64,000 nucleotides of DNA from Octopus bimaculoides (taxonomy: Eukaryota). Both the position numbers and the translations under genes were made by a program. Position 1 is the stretch's first letter, and each line of letters opens with the position of its first letter. The notes beneath the pieces are model-generated. The model made no database searches, had not been told where the DNA came from, and saw only the letters and a program-made list of their open reading frames with translations. Where the stretch lies: assembly GCF_001194135.2 (NCBI RefSeq), contig NC_068983.1:136284565-136348564 (forward strand), read 5' to 3'. Positions 14,151 to 29,126 of the stretch are shown in pieces.

Positions 14151-17100
14151 AATACACATTGAACTGTGTTGAATGAATGAGGAGTGTTGAATATATGTTG
14201 TAGAGAATTTGGCTTACTGAAACTGAATTTGTATCTCATGACTCATGTTTCATGCAGCTGCAAATCTTCAAATACGAACAGTTCTTACTTGAAAATTCTA
14301 ATGGCATGAAACTAGAGTAACAAGAATTCATTTTCGATAAAGCACATGCAAACACACACACACACCCACACACACACACACACAACTTCACTGTCCTTGG
14401 CAAATTCAAACTGTAACAATTTTTATTGCTCTCTCTGTCTCTTTTTTTTTTGCTTTTTATTTGTTCAATTTTGTGTTTGATTTCATGGCTGTTTTTGCAA
14501 AAGTATGTCTTAGGATGGGAAATCAGCAGTTCCTGGTACTGTTGTTTAGCCTCAGGTTAACTCTTTGTAGATGTTTGATCAAATATGTTCTAGCTGTGAC
14601 TGTCACATCTGTTTTTTAGTGCCATTTGAGAGAAATTTGGCTGCTATTCCTTGAAGTTATGCAACCACATAAAGGCTTCCTTAATAGTTTGCCTGGTATT
14701 TTTGTAGTATGATGTGGTAACTAACACAATGAATCTCTGCCCAGTGTAGACAATTTGTAGTTGAAACAATTTTATTTGTAGGAATTTGTTCTATATTTAT
14801 ATTTGGAAAATACAAACAAATATAAACTGGTCAAGCACAACTGATCCATTTGTAACCATCACGTCATATATCTAAAGCAGTATTGTCCAAAGTATTCTTT
14901 CATCTTTAAGGATGATAGTGGGCAATTTGAAAAAGATTTGACAGTTATTTTTTATAGATTGAGTGATTTCTACCTAATTGGCATGTATGAATGTGCTTTT
15001 GTGGTTAATGCAAGCTAGGATTGAAAAATATAATTCTCACTAAGTCCACATCAATGTTTTAGGGCTTTCTGGCTATATTCTATGAAAATCTGAAAGTAAA
15101 ATAGCTGGTAGTTATCATGAAAGAGGTAGATGTGAGGAATCTTATATAACTATGTGAAAGACATTCAAGAGTCATGGTATGATAGTTGTAAGTGTCAAAG
15201 ATGATGTATTGGAGACACAGCTAAAGTATTTTATGATTAGGAAAACATACATTGCACAAATCATTATGGCAATTACTGTAAGGATTTGCAATAGCAATTT
15301 ATCAACTCCTGTCAATTCCAATTATGAAATATATCTGATAAAATGAAGCACTTTAGTGATATTTCTAGTTATAGTCATTCTGTAATTATTGTGGACATAT
15401 TATGAAATGTAGGGTTAAACACGGGTAAACCACATTTTACAAACGGAATTTGTTCAGGAAGATTTGATCATTGCATTGAACAGGTGGAATAACTGTATTT
15501 TTGTTGTTGGCTCATGACAATGATGTTAATGGGAATGAAACCCCTTTGCCAATCATCAATTTGAGATTTTTATATTTATTTCTTTTTCTTAAGGCTCAAA
15601 TTAATACTGAAAGAAAAAATAACAACGATACAACATACTAGTTCAACCTTATGTTACAGTTTATATTGCATTTTGGTCAACTGCCCAATGACTGCCAATA
15701 GAAATTAAGCTGAAGGAACATAAGAAAACTTTCAAAGTCAGTATGTAGGTCGATAATTCAGGCTTTTACATCTTTCCAGCATGAGGTAGGCTGGCAGCTA
15801 TTAGGAGATGGGAAGACAGGCCACTAAGAGGTTATAGGAATTCATGATTAATCTAGATTCTTTCTCTCAGAAATTGTCCTTCCCAGTTCCTCTTTAATAT
15901 AGGCAACTATTAACCACTAACCTACACCATATCACGTAATAAATCTAAACTTAGCTAAACTTTTTAATAAGCTGTCTATCTAAATCAATATGCTGCATAA
16001 ACATTGGGTTAGTGAAATCTGTTAAATATTAGTCAGAAAAAAAAATACTGTTTAGAAAAAGATACTGTTTACTCCCTTTTGTAAACCAAAAAGACAATCC
16101 TTATCCGGCATCTAAATTACAGTTAAAAACAGAATAGATAACTGTATTAAGAAGCAGTAATTGATACTTTTTCATTTGCTGATTTTCATTAACTAAACTC
16201 TAGCTCTTTCATTCTCCCAATATGTAATCAACATTGTAGTGGAAAGGAGTAGTGGATGTCTATGTTGTAGCAGTAGTAATAGTGAAGCTAGCAGTGATAT
16301 TTGCTATGATAGTAGAGTTAGTAGTGGTAATAATGATAATAAAAGTATCGATGAAATCATAGTGTTAATAAGTTAATCAGAAGCAGTAGTTGTAGTAACA
16401 ATAGTTGATAAATACTGTAGTCTCTTTCCTTGCATCCCATAGGTGACATAATTTAATACATCTGCTTTAGTAGAAAGATCTTTATTTTATGCAATAGTGA
16501 GGTAAGGAATGTAAGAAAGATGGCAGATATTCTCAATATCACAAGTCCCCAATCATTTTTACTCAATGAACAACCACTCCGCCACCACATTACTACTTCT
16601 AATACCACCACCAAATTTCTATCACTAAATATATAAATATGTATGAATATAAAACTTCTATTCATATACATAAGTAGAAGACAAACCATTGCCCTGTTTA
16701 ACACCACCACTTGATTCTTGGATACCTTTAGCAGAGTCCATTCTGTTAAAAGTATTCAAACCAGGGCATCAATTTGAGGCTGATTTCCTCCTATAATGAT
16801 CACATAATGATCCCCAAAAGGGTCAAGGGCAGGTTTTTATTTCCTTTGACTTTGTCATCAAAGAAAACAAAAAGGTGAATTTCCTTTTATGTTCTAACAC
16901 ATATACTAATCAAAATGCTTCATTATGAAGTTTCCATGGTTTTATAAAGTTTGTAAATATATTAACATTTCTATGTTTTTAAATTATCATCTTTCAGATG
17001 AAGTTATGTGGGTATGTGTCACCACCTTCTTATAATAAGCAAAGTCACCATGTTTAGTATAAACAACTGAATCTAAATTTTGGCCATGAGGTTTATACAT

Positions 17101-17631
17101 TGTCATTGTTTATGGATAGGGTATGTTGTATGTATGTTTATTTTAGCACTGAATCATGTTCAAAGAATTGCTTTTATGAACAGTAATCTATTTTTGTGGG
17201 TAATCCTTTAGAGTAAAGATCTTTTGTCCATTAATGTTTTCTAATCTAGTTTTGTGTTGTGTAGTGCATAGTAAATTCTCTTTGTTGCATGATGAGAAAG
17301 TGGTAGAGTGGTCGTACATGTATAGCCAATATAACAGTTGATTTTGTGAAGTTTATGACTTTCACAAATACAATCAAATTTATAAATTACAACAGACATT
17401 AGTAACTTATTTGTGAGTTTTAATACTTGTAGTTTGTTAACTGATGTGAAAGTTTTTCATTTTAATGTTTTTGTAGTATACTATTACTGTTAGCTTAAGG
17501 TTTGGTATAGTGCATTTTGAGTCCTGTTTTACAAGGGATTTTGATAATATGTTCATTTATTATATCCAATGCTATGTATAAATATATGTATATATGTGGG
17601 TACACACACACACATTTATATATGTATATAT

Positions 17632-17790
17632 AGGCACAGGTATGGCTGTTGGTTCAGAAATCCACTCCAGAACCACATGATTTCCGATTCAGTCCCATTG
17701 TATAGAATCTTGAACAAATGTCTCCCATATAACTTGAATAATATGCATTCACCTAACCCATGCTAGCAGTGGGAAACAAATGTAAAACAA
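17632..17790 (+). mobile_element. tRNA-headed SINE (ggctgt..ggt...aaccacatg family)
   Basis: ggcacaggtatggctgttggttcagaa...aaccacatgatttccgattcagtcccattg; related fragments lie at ~36183(+), 39435(-), 58300(-) and 59650(-). Confidence 0.6.
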
Positions 17791-19084
17791 ATACACACAC
17801 ATGCATACGTTTTACAAATATATAGAAGCAAGATATATTCAGTTGAATCAACTTCAGTACATGCCACAAATGATTATCTTTATCAACTAGAGATGCAAGC
17901 CAGTGTCCATGTTAGGGATATTTGAACTCAGAATCTACTGAGTTGTAATTAAATACAGCATGGTTCTAGTCTAGCACTGTACCATTTAGTAATAGCACTT
18001 ACTAACAACAATAATAATATAGATTGCTTATACACAGATTTATTGCAGAAAGGAAATTGAATCGTGTGATATTTATCCTGTTCTCAAGGGTTTCAGTAAC
18101 ATAAATGGACTTTAGGTAAAGAAGAAATTAAATTATGTCATGTTCATGCTTTCCTCAAAGGAATTAGTAACATGCCTGAAATAAAATGGCTATAACTGAG
18201 AATTTCAATTGATCTGCTACTCGATAGGAACAACTTGAACAGTAATAGTAATATAAAGTTGTCTGATGTAGAGGATACATCAGTTTTTATCAAATATAAT
18301 TTTTACTGTTGCACTTATAAAACAAATTTTCAATATTTTACTTATATTTAAAAAAAAAAGATGCCTTTTGCTGTTGTATTTTGTTTCAAACTGAAGACTT
18401 TTTTTTTAATTGCCATTCATCTCTCTAACCTTGTCATTTATTTGTCAAATTCTTTGTCCTCATGCTCAATGTTGTATATTTATCTATACACAGTATATAT
18501 TTACTTTTTTAATAATTTTATTTTTTACTATTCCTTCAGTTTCTATTCCCTCAGTAGCTTTCTATTTTACTCTAGTTATTTTCAATAGAAATATAAAAGA
18601 TTTAGTTGCTTTTTCTAGTAGGTCAAATGGTTCCATAAGGTTGTCTTGCTTGCAGGAATTGTTACAAGTGACAGAGTGGGAGTGTCTTAAAAGAAATTAG
18701 TCTCTCATTCTAGTTAACCCTATGAAAGAGATAAACAGAGGTCAAGTGGTTAGACCAATACTTTTCCCCTTAATTCTTTTTCTGATTTTGTAAAGTAGTG
18801 TGAGTAAGCATGTGTTATTTATTATAAGCAGTGTCCTTGCCAGATGACCACCTGATTTACATTCCCAACACCTTAATATACATAATTATTTCTTTCTCCT
18901 TGTTTTTATGTTTGGTATGTGTAAACAAAACAACATTGCTTTCAAATACAGGTGGTATCATATACTTTCAGTTGACTATAAAAGCATAACCAGGTGGACT
19001 TCTTGACATGTCATGTGATCTTTGTAAACAAAAAAAGCTTGTAACTATGTCTGGGCTGTCATTGTTTAATAGACCAGGGGTCAT

Positions 19085-19325
19085 TACTTTGCTTGGAAAA
19101 AGTCAGGGCATCCAGCTATAGAAAATCTGCCTCAATGAATTCTGTCTGACCCATGCAAACATAGGAAAATTGATGTTAAAATGATGACGAATGCTGATGA
19201 TATATCATCATCATCATTTTACCATCCCCTTTTCCAGGGTTGCATGGGTTAGACAGAATTCACTAAAGCAAATGTTGCACAACTGGATCCCTTCTTGCCA
19301 ACCCTCACCTATTTCCAAGCAAAGT
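19085..19325. mobile_element. Tail-to-tail pair of diverged (GAT)n-tailed SINE ends
   Basis: gggcatccagctatagaaaatctgcctcaatgaattctgtctgacccatgcaaac...gatga (+) is followed directly by catcatcatt...ttgcatgggttagacagaattcact...aactggatcccttc (-). Confidence 0.75.
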
Positions 19326-19550
19326 AATAACCCACTTGTTTATTAAACAATGAATAGCCAAGACTTGATTATGCAGAGAACTGGATACATATGACACTAT
19401 TTGAATGAACCTTTAATTTACAAAGATCACACATGAGAAAGGAATTTATAAAGCTTGCACATGCTTCAGTTGTAGACTGCAGCAAAGGACACTACCTGTA
19501 TTGACAGTATAGCTGTTGTTTACAAGTGAAGACAAGGAGAAATACAAACT

Positions 19551-19555
19551 CTCTT

Positions 19556-19633
<78 letters not shown>
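19551..19633. repeat. (CT)n(CA)n microsatellite
   Basis: Direct reading. Confidence 0.95.
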
Positions 19634-19904
19634 NNNNNNNNNNNNNNNNNNNNNNNNNNNNNNNNNNNNNNNNNNNNNNNNNNNNNNNNNNNNNNNNNNN
19701 NNNNNNNNNNNNNNNNNNNNNNNNNNNNNNNNNNNNNNNNNNNNNNNNNNNNNNNNNNNNNNNNNNNNNNNNNNNNNNNNNNNNNNNNNNNNNNNNNNNN
19801 NNNNNNNNNNNNNNNNNNNNNNNNNNNNNNNNNNNNNNNNNNNNNNNNNNNNNNNNNNNNNNNNNNNNNNNNNNNNNNNNNNNNNNNNNNNNNNNNNNNN
19901 NNNN
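19634..19904. other. Assembly gap (271 N)
   Basis: Run of N, flanked on the left by (CT)n(CA)n. Confidence 1.
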
Positions 19905-20230
19905 ATATATACAGTCTATTACAGTCTGTCAGATACCGGCCATGATGAAATACCAAAAGGTATGGAAAATACGTATTCGCCTTTATATATTTAATCCTTT
20001 ATATTGAACACTCAATATTTCATATATTCAATAAGACATTCAATACTCCATTTCATTGTACCATCCATTTTTATATTATATATTATATATTCCATATTCT
20101 ATATCCCACATTAATTTTACAAGAATATAAATAAAACATAAAAAACAGACAGAGTTGGAACTCTTTTAATAAAATAATATATTCCTCTATACACGATCAT
20201 ACAAACCCCCCTTTTTTGTATTTATTTTTA

Positions 20231-20280
<50 letters not shown>

Positions 20281-20729
20281 CATACAGAGAAAGAGAGAAA
20301 GAGATTCATTTATTTTAAAGTCATTTTTCTATGTTGGACAAGTTCTTATTTAAGGTAATTTTCATGGCCAGATGTTATGTTTGTCACCAACCCCTTTATA
20401 TGCAAAGAATGCTATTTATTGCACTGCTATGGGAATACAATGCTACAGGCAATAATGTTCACCAAGAATGTAAACATTCAAAGAGTGAAAGTGTTTACGA
20501 CCAATCTCATAAGCAGCATTGCCAAACTGATGGAGTCCTATGTCAGAGATCCTAGAACTTCTGGAAATCACATAACTTTATTCAATCCTCACAATTCAAA
20601 TTTATCTCTCTAATTCAAGCTGCTGTGGTCAACTCATTGAATTTCTTGAAGATACCACCCAAATCACATTGCCAAAGTCAAATAACTGAAACCAGTAGAA
20701 GAATGTATATAAATTATATAAATATTATA

Positions 20730-20761
<32 letters not shown>

Positions 20762-22814
20762 CTTCATGGTTGTAAAAAAGTTTGTTTTTTTTCAAAAAAT
20801 ATAAAGTATAAAGAAAACAGAGTAGAAATTTGGGTATTCTTTCTCAATAATTTTGTTTTATTTTCTAAATTTCTTATTTAATCATTTTTGTACTCTCTTA
20901 CATATCTATTGTAAGACAGCAAATTAACTGAGTTGTTAAATTTTCTGATAGAATGACTTGCATTATTTGTTCTGGATCTCTGTGTTCAAATCCTGTCTTT
21001 CATTCATTCCGATCAATAAATAAAGTAAGTAGTTCTGTACTGGGACCAATTTTTTCCCTCTCCCTCTCTTTTACTTTGGATTCTACTTGTAATTAAAAGT
21101 CTAGCTTTGTCAAATTGTCTTATGTTGTGTTAGCCTGGTAATTGCATTAAGGGTACATGTGTATTTGTGAAATACTCAGTCACTTACATGTTAATTGATA
21201 ATTTGGAATTTAGTTGATTGAACAACTGACTGCTAATTAGTAACAGTTTTCTCATTTAGAATAAAGATGCTACTACTGGACAGTTAAACCAACAAAGAAG
21301 TGAAGGGGATTCTTCTTTTAAAGTAGATTTTAAACTAAAGTGCAGCCAACATTATGTTCTCAAATTTAAAAGATTTATGACATAAATCCATATTAGGTTG
21401 ACAAATTTGTTCTAAAAGAAAACTGAGAGTGCCACAGATTAACAGGGATGTTGGTGTTTCTTTTTTTTTTTTTTTTTTTTTTTTTTTTGACAGAAGGAAA
21501 TATGTATGAAAATAGAAATAATAAACTAAAGAATGAATTAAAAAGAAAGAAACTATGACAAAAGATACTTAATCAAATATCATTTTGCAGAAATATATTA
21601 CAAGATACTGTCTCCAAGGAAAAATAATATTAAATAAAAGAAATTGGTTCCAGTTTTTCTATATTGTTCTTTATGTAAATGTATCAGAAAGATTAAATAT
21701 TTTGTTCCTGTCTTGAAAAATAATGACTGTGCTTTCCGCAGTCAATTTTTATTTGTGACAATTTCTATAATAAGGACTGTAAGGTAAGAAAAATGAATGA
21801 AAAAATTTGAAGATAGTTTCAGTAATCAGTAACAGCTAGTCAATTTCATAAGAAAAATGGAGCCAGACATTTTAGCACTAGTTTGGCAGTAAACCAAAAA
21901 AAAAAAACTTTTCATCCATATGTAGTTGCAACTAAGGATGTATATTCAAGGTGTGCTACTGATGTACTTATAAACTATTTTAGGGTATGCTGTTAATAAA
22001 ATTATACATTATTTTTATTGGGTCAAACCACTGTAATTCTGGAGCACTGCCACCAAACGTTTTACTGTCTATTTCATATTTTCTACATTAGTTAATACCA
22101 TAAGATTACTACCATTTTAACTATGATTTAAAACCATGTAAATATATGGCAATTATTTTATAAAATAATGTTTAAGTTTATGAAATTTGTAAAATAAAAT
22201 AAGCTTGTATATTGTGAGAAAAAGTGAGTTCTGATGTTTTGTACTTTACTCTATTATAATGTTCAGCATATTCTATTTCAGTGCCAAAGTATGCTGATGA
22301 AATCAAAACAATAGATATATTGTGATTAAAAACTGAAATCTTACTAACTAAATTCTTGTGTCTTACACTGTTGAAGTCAATTACTTTATCAAAATTTTAA
22401 TGATGCCAATCTTTTGTAAACGAAATTGAAAATGGATTTTAGATTCTTAGACAAAGAAATTAATAGATGAGATCAGATTTAGTGATAAACCTCTACTGGT
22501 AGTTTTCGTTCTATTTCAATGCTGGTTCTTAAGATTGCTATTAGCAAATAGAATTATCATTGAAGAGTAGAGTTTATTCAGATAATTGAAATATTATGTT
22601 GAAAGATGGCTAATCTCTTCGAGATTACTGATGCAAAGATAAAGAGTTCAAATTTTACTGCTGCTGGTGCCTTTCGTCCATAAGCTTTGTTACAGCTTCT
22701 GTTTATCCTCACACAGCTATGAGAGTCACTAAACTTGTAACTCTAATAAATCTTGTAAACGTTGAAATGTGAAGAACCAAAAAAATCATATACACAAGGA
22801 AAAGGGAAATGCAT

Positions 22815-22863
<49 letters not shown>

Positions 22864-25339
22864 TTATAATTAATTGATATGATTTTTGCATAAACAGTAT
22901 AACAAATGAAAGCAAATATAAAAATTGATTTATATATTTAATAATGGATTTTACTATTACGTTATGTTACTCTTGGATTTTAGTTATATACACATGAGAA
23001 TTATCTTCTATAACTCAATATTCAGCAACAAATAATGATTTTTATATATTTATAATCTAACCAATATATTAGGATATTAAGAACTTCACTAATGCCCTTA
23101 CATAAAACATGCCTAAAATTTGAGCAATTCAAATCTCAGCCAACCATTCCAGCATTTTTTCTATCTACAAAGGCAATAATAAAGTTTTATGATAATTTAT
23201 ATATCAATTATTGTCAGTTACAATATTAACTCATAAGATTGGGAAAACTGGAGAATTGAAAATAACTTCCAAAAATTCTGAACCAAAATTAATGGGAGGC
23301 TCAACAAACTAAAACATAATACTTTTTAGTAATCCCTTAGACAATAAGGTTATGAACTCTGGCCCTAGAGAAAAGCAAAGTTCTTCAAAGGAATAGGTAT
23401 AGACAATTGACTCAATCAAACTTAGCATGATGCATCATCAGGTTAACACACTACTCAATTAAACTCCACCAGCTTGGCCTTGAGTGCCTTTACCAGACCT
23501 CACTCTGTTACAAACATTTCAACCAGACCATCAGTTGCCTTGTTGTCCATGTATTTCCTGCAGATACTGACATACAGTTGTTCAGACTGAGTAATTCTAT
23601 CAGTTTGGCAGGCTTTCAAAAGTTATGAGTACAACTTATCTTTCCCCTGACTGACATGTATTCTAACAATCTCTGGGAATATTGTGGACAAAACACTTGG
23701 ATGAAAGTTGAACACAGAATATGAGTACCTGGTCCAATAATGCAAAATAAACAAATTTTTGCAATTGTCTACTATCTTTACAAAATTTGTAAAACAAAGA
23801 CATTCAACTGTTTAATGTTTAAAACAACAACAATCAGTACATGGGACATATAAAAACTCAGTGAAGTGTAATGTTTGAAAAATGAATAAATTTACAACAG
23901 TTAGGTGTTAACAGATTCAGTTCAATATGAAGAATTTTATGGGATCTATTATCAATTAAATACCATCCCAGGAATTAAGAATATTCTTATAAATAAATTA
24001 AAAAGAAAGAGATGTAAATATCATCACACAGATCTAAAACTGACACTGAGGGAGTCAATGGAATTTTCTGTAATAAAAAGAAGTGTCACATTCATACCTA
24101 GGATGTATAGTGATTAAATGAAATGGAGATAATATTGAAAATTGGTCCTGCCTAAAGTAAAGAGGCAACAACACAAGACAAGAGCTTGAAGATTAAGCAA
24201 TGAAGATCTGGAAATATTGATGATGGATTTAGGAACTTCACTGTTTCAAAGGAACTGTGAAAAACTCATTAAAAAAACAACAAAAAAAACTAGAACACAG
24301 TAATGCATTCAATACAACCAATTGAAAAGAAAAGTTGTTCCTCATGTGAGAGTGTGTGAGGGATGGAAAGTAAGAAAATATGTATGTATGTAATTACGAG
24401 AATGAACATAGACTGAAATTGTTGGTAAGCATGTATTTGTTTGTACATATATTATGTATATAATTATATTCATGTGAATATGAGTACATTATGTAAATGT
24501 ATTATTTATGTCTGTCAAGTGAATTAGAGGTTAACTATGTCAATTTCCACAGAACAGCAATATATAAGCAAAGCAAAATTCTAAAAGGCAACAAATGGCA
24601 GAGGTAGACCACATTACAAAGTAATCAAATAAGACTGCAAGGAAACTAGAAATATTACATTATGTATGTGTGATTATAAGCATATACCCTAGCTGCAAAC
24701 ATAGTACTTCTGGAAGACCGATTTTGCCATATTTTATCCATGTTCTCGTCAGATTTCTGATTTAGTATTAGTGTAGCCCACCATTTTGCTTTTCTCACTT
24801 GTTCATTTTCTCTCCTTGCTTCTGTGTTGTATAGATTTATTTAAATTGGTGTTAATACTCATTTACACACATCTCATTCCATCTAATATAGTACAAATAT
24901 TCTGTTTCAAGTTTTACGTCTTCTTTGCCAAACAACTTCAGGGAAACATGGCAAAAATAGTTTCACATTAGTCTGGTCCAGTTGAATCTAAACTTATATT
25001 CCAACATGTAACTCTTTCTTTTAATTTTAATTACTTCAAAGCTTTATGTTGCAAATACCAAAAATTTTAGTCTAATACATTTATATATTTCAAACAGTAG
25101 AATAAATGCCTAGTGGCACATAACTTCCTTGCCTTATATTCTGGGTTGAAATTCTGTAAGGGGCAACATGCTGTTTTATCCAATGCAATCAAACTGTTAT
25201 ACAAGGATTGATTCACATATCCCATAAAATTTATTGTCTTATGCTAGTGAAAGAAATCATTTACCATTATAATTATTATAAAAAGTTATGTGAACAATGT
25301 ATTAGGCCATCAGCTCTTAGGTTGCAAAAAATTAATCTG

Positions 25340-25600
25340 AAAGCATATCTTAAAGTTTTAGTTTGGACACCATTTATCCTAATAGAATAAATAACAACCA
25401 GCTACCGTTTCTTACTGTATTAATGCAACACAAACGTCAACAGATCAGTTGACAGCCACAGAAATGTATCTATTTTATGAGTAACAGTAATCTTAGTATC
25501 TTGAAGAAAACATTGTCGGATGCTTACAATATTGGACAAAATCCATCTACATCTATAAATCTGCTTAGAAATAAGAAAGATGTCAGCTAAAGAACATACT
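25340..25600 (+). mobile_element. Possible Penelope-like element RT scrap
   Basis: aataacaaccagctaccgtttcttactgtattaatg encodes NNQLPFLTVLM, resembling the Penelope RT motif ExNNxLPFLDVLV. A TEMYL stretch follows. The match is short. Confidence 0.4.
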
Positions 25601-25849
25601 CTTGATGGAAAAAGCATCATCATCAGTATTTAAAACTTGCATCTATTCAAAAGCATGACTGAAAAAGCAAATACGAAAATTAATTGAATTCCTGTTTGGC
25701 TTTGCGAGTTTGTGAAGATAAGTTTAGCTATAACCTATATTCTGCTGAGTTCATCAGAATACAATGGATACAAGAGCTAGGAAAATAAGAAATGTAGATA
25801 AGTGTAATACTCATTGAAGTATTATGTAACACAGAGCAGAACACATACA

Positions 25850-25992
25850 TCATCATCATCATCATCATCGTTTAACGTCCGCTTTCCATGCTAGCATGGG
25901 TTGGACGATTTGACTGAGGACTGGTGAAACCGGATGGCAAAACCAGGCTCCAGTCTGATTTGGCAGAGTTTTTACAGCTGGATGCCCTTCCT
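25850..25992 (-). mobile_element. (GAT)n-tailed SINE, truncated by assembly gap
   Basis: catcatcatcgtttaacgtccgctttccatgctagcatgggttggacg...gatgcccttcct, then Ns. Confidence 0.85.
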
Positions 25993-26002
25993 NNNNNNNN
26001 NN
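25993..26002. other. Assembly gap (10 N)
   Basis: Run of N between a SINE and (GA)n. Confidence 1.
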
Positions 26003-26055
<53 letters not shown>

Positions 26056-26827
26056 TGCTTACATATATGGAATTATATACCTTGGAGTATAGATTTAGGA
26101 TCAAGTATACAAGAAAAATTACGTAAGACAGTTATGCAAGACATGAATTAATTTCTATGCAAGGATAAATATTCATTTTTTGCTTTAAAATAAATTTGAG
26201 ATGTTAATCCTGCAAATGTATATTCTTATACACACTATAGTATGCATCTATGGAATGCATATCTTACTGCGTATTATATGTGTATTATATACTATGCATT
26301 TATGGAATGACTTCAGAAAGGAGGATGGCCTCATAAAAAAAGATTTTTTTAAAACTTTGATTTTAGAAAAATAAAGCAAAATACATTTAAGTCAGGAATA
26401 TGTATGATGCAAAAATCTAATTAATAACTGATATTCTGTTAAACATATATATGTTAATTCCCTCTATGCTCTAAGGAGCTTTTAAAAACTGATATTTACT
26501 TCCAGTTTCCTGGGATTAAGCTGATGAGAAATAAATTTTCTTCTGGATAAAACTCTATACTATCTCTGACAACACTCACTAGTGATAAGGTATGTATTCC
26601 TGGGATCTAGATGAAACTGAGGCATGTAGTAATAAGTGTACTGTCTTAAATATACAATAAGATATTGTGGAAATAAACTGAAGATCTCTGAAACGATGAT
26701 TTAATAGCACATGCAGTTGGCTATATAATTTTTCTGATAGAATTAAAGAGAAATCAATGAATTTCCAGTGATAATTTCAGCTTAATATAGACACTACAAA
26801 AATTTACACATATACATAAAATAATTA

Positions 26828-27273
26828 AGATGGCTAGATGCAGTTCAAAACCAAAAAGGAAATAATTCACTGTCACTAAAAAGTGATGAAGGGAGCAGGG
26901 AGCACTAGCATTGGTAGAAATAAGAGTCAAAGAACTCTTTAGCCACAAAAGCACATTTTCTATTTTCTGACAGGGGAGACTACCTCCCTACCACAATTGA
27001 GTGACATTAGATTGGCATGCCAATTTTGCATGGAATTTAATGCTTATGAATAATGCTTACTCCATTATGGGTGGTGAAACTGAATTCTACCTTGTCAGTA
27101 TATATAGAGTTTACCACAGGAATCAGTGGATGATTCAGCAAAATGGTTAAGTGAAAATTATAAAACAAGGTGGCAGGACGCAATTCAAAACCAAAAAGGA
27201 AATAATTCACCATCACTAAAAAGTGACAAAGGGTGCAGGGAGCACCAGTATTGCTAGAAATAAAAGTCAAAGA
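26828..27273. repeat. Local direct duplication of ~100 bp, 340 bp apart
   Basis: 26841-26933 aligns without gaps to 27181-27273, with 10 mismatches in 93 nt by manual count. Confidence 0.9.

Positions 27274-27350
<77 letters not shown>
27273..27350. repeat. (CT)n(AT)n(GT)n compound microsatellite
   Basis: Direct reading. Confidence 0.95.
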
Positions 27351-27352
<2 letters not shown>

Positions 27353-29126
27353 ATACTATAGACATGTAGTGTTAACAGTAGATAAAGACATTAAAACCCT
27401 ATGTTATAAGAAAAGTTTCTGACTTCAATTCAAGATGATTGATTTGAGAAATATATAAAAATGTAGTACCTGAAGATAAAATTTATACTGATTGTATACA
27501 CAAATCATGATGTTATAAGCCCAACATAATCATACTGGTTTTTAAAAAATGTTTATTTCAATTCAAAGTTATCTAAAAAATGTACAGAAAAGTAGTAACA
27601 AAATTTCAAAATGTTTTCATTACTATAGCATTTAATATATGGAATATATTGCAAATAAATTTTTATTACCAGTATCACTGACATGTCAGATAAGTCTACA
27701 TAAATATTTCTCTTTATTCTTTACTTTTATCTGTTTCTTAATTTCCATGGATATTTAATGTTATATGATAATACAGGCATATAGATATATATTTTTTTAT
27801 TCAATAACCATTATAGATATACAGCAAGCATACAACCATCATAATATTCATTATTCTTGATTAGTTTTATTACTCACTAATCTATGTATTTAATTCTGTA
27901 TTCCATGATACAAAAATGTGTGCTGCATACTCTTGTATACAATTTACGATAATTTATAAATTGAAAATATAAATCAAATCATATATCACAAATTCACCTT
28001 GTAACTTCCATAATTTTTCTTTAGGCTCCACACACCTTTTTTAACTACATTTTCAAATCTGAAGTTGGAAACCAAAATTAAGACTTTAGAAAAAATACAG
28101 AAAACCATTGCTTACCTTGTTATATAGATCATGTAGGTGTATAACAAAATTATGAATAAATTTTTCAAGATATTTAACCATTGGAATAGATTTTCTAAAA
28201 CCTTAAATTATATTTTTAGAAAATCAACTGTGCATCTAGGTATCTCTTGAAGCATACCAGTGCACCATTTGTGAACCACTGTATTTGACTTCATATACTC
28301 CAGTTTGAGACAAGCTGGGCAACTATGTTATTGATTATAGTACAGAGCACTTGTCATTCCAACTCAATTTGATACTATAATTTGTTTCTGCTATTTTGAA
28401 CTGTCCATTTTATGCTCACAAGATAATTTGTCAGTAACCTAGAAGAAATATAGAATATTCTAATAATGTTGAATATAGCAAGGTGTCCTATCTTGATTTG
28501 ATGTTTGAAACAAACAAAAAAAACAAAACAAAACAAACACAATTGGGCCTATTTTTCTCTTTCTGGTCACAAATTAGTTAATGCTTATAGTGTTATTTAT
28601 ATCAATAACTTAGTAATTAACTCATAATATATCAAATTATAATCTGTTGTATTTAAATGTAATAATCTTGTACAATACTATATCAGTCTCTCCTATCTAT
28701 TTCAGATAGCCATTATTATTATTAGCTGAGAAGAGGGAGGGGTGGTGGGTAGTGGTAGTAGTCTGTCAAGTTCTGTGTGTAACATGAAAAAGTCTCTTAA
28801 ATGAATAAACAAACCAGCAAAAACCCCTAATGAATTACAGTAATAATACTAATAATTATACATATCAAAATATACTTTACTTAGTAAATATAGATAGCCC
28901 CATAGCTCTTATAAATATTTATACACTGTTTTACCAGTCATAATATTTACTTCTAATTGGGTAATTAAATGCAGTTTAAGGCTATGGATATTAAGATGAA
29001 AATGGTAAATATGTAAATGAAAATGAATTTATAAGCTTTATTTATGCATACAAAACTGAAGTATTTAAATTAAATAGTAAATCTTAAACATTTATAACAC
29101 AAAAGTTTATTAAAATTCTACACTCA

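Noticed and set aside
19446-20007. Four ORFs of 61-163 aa (poly-CV, poly-HT, X runs)
   Set aside because: They read through a (CA)n microsatellite and the N gap.
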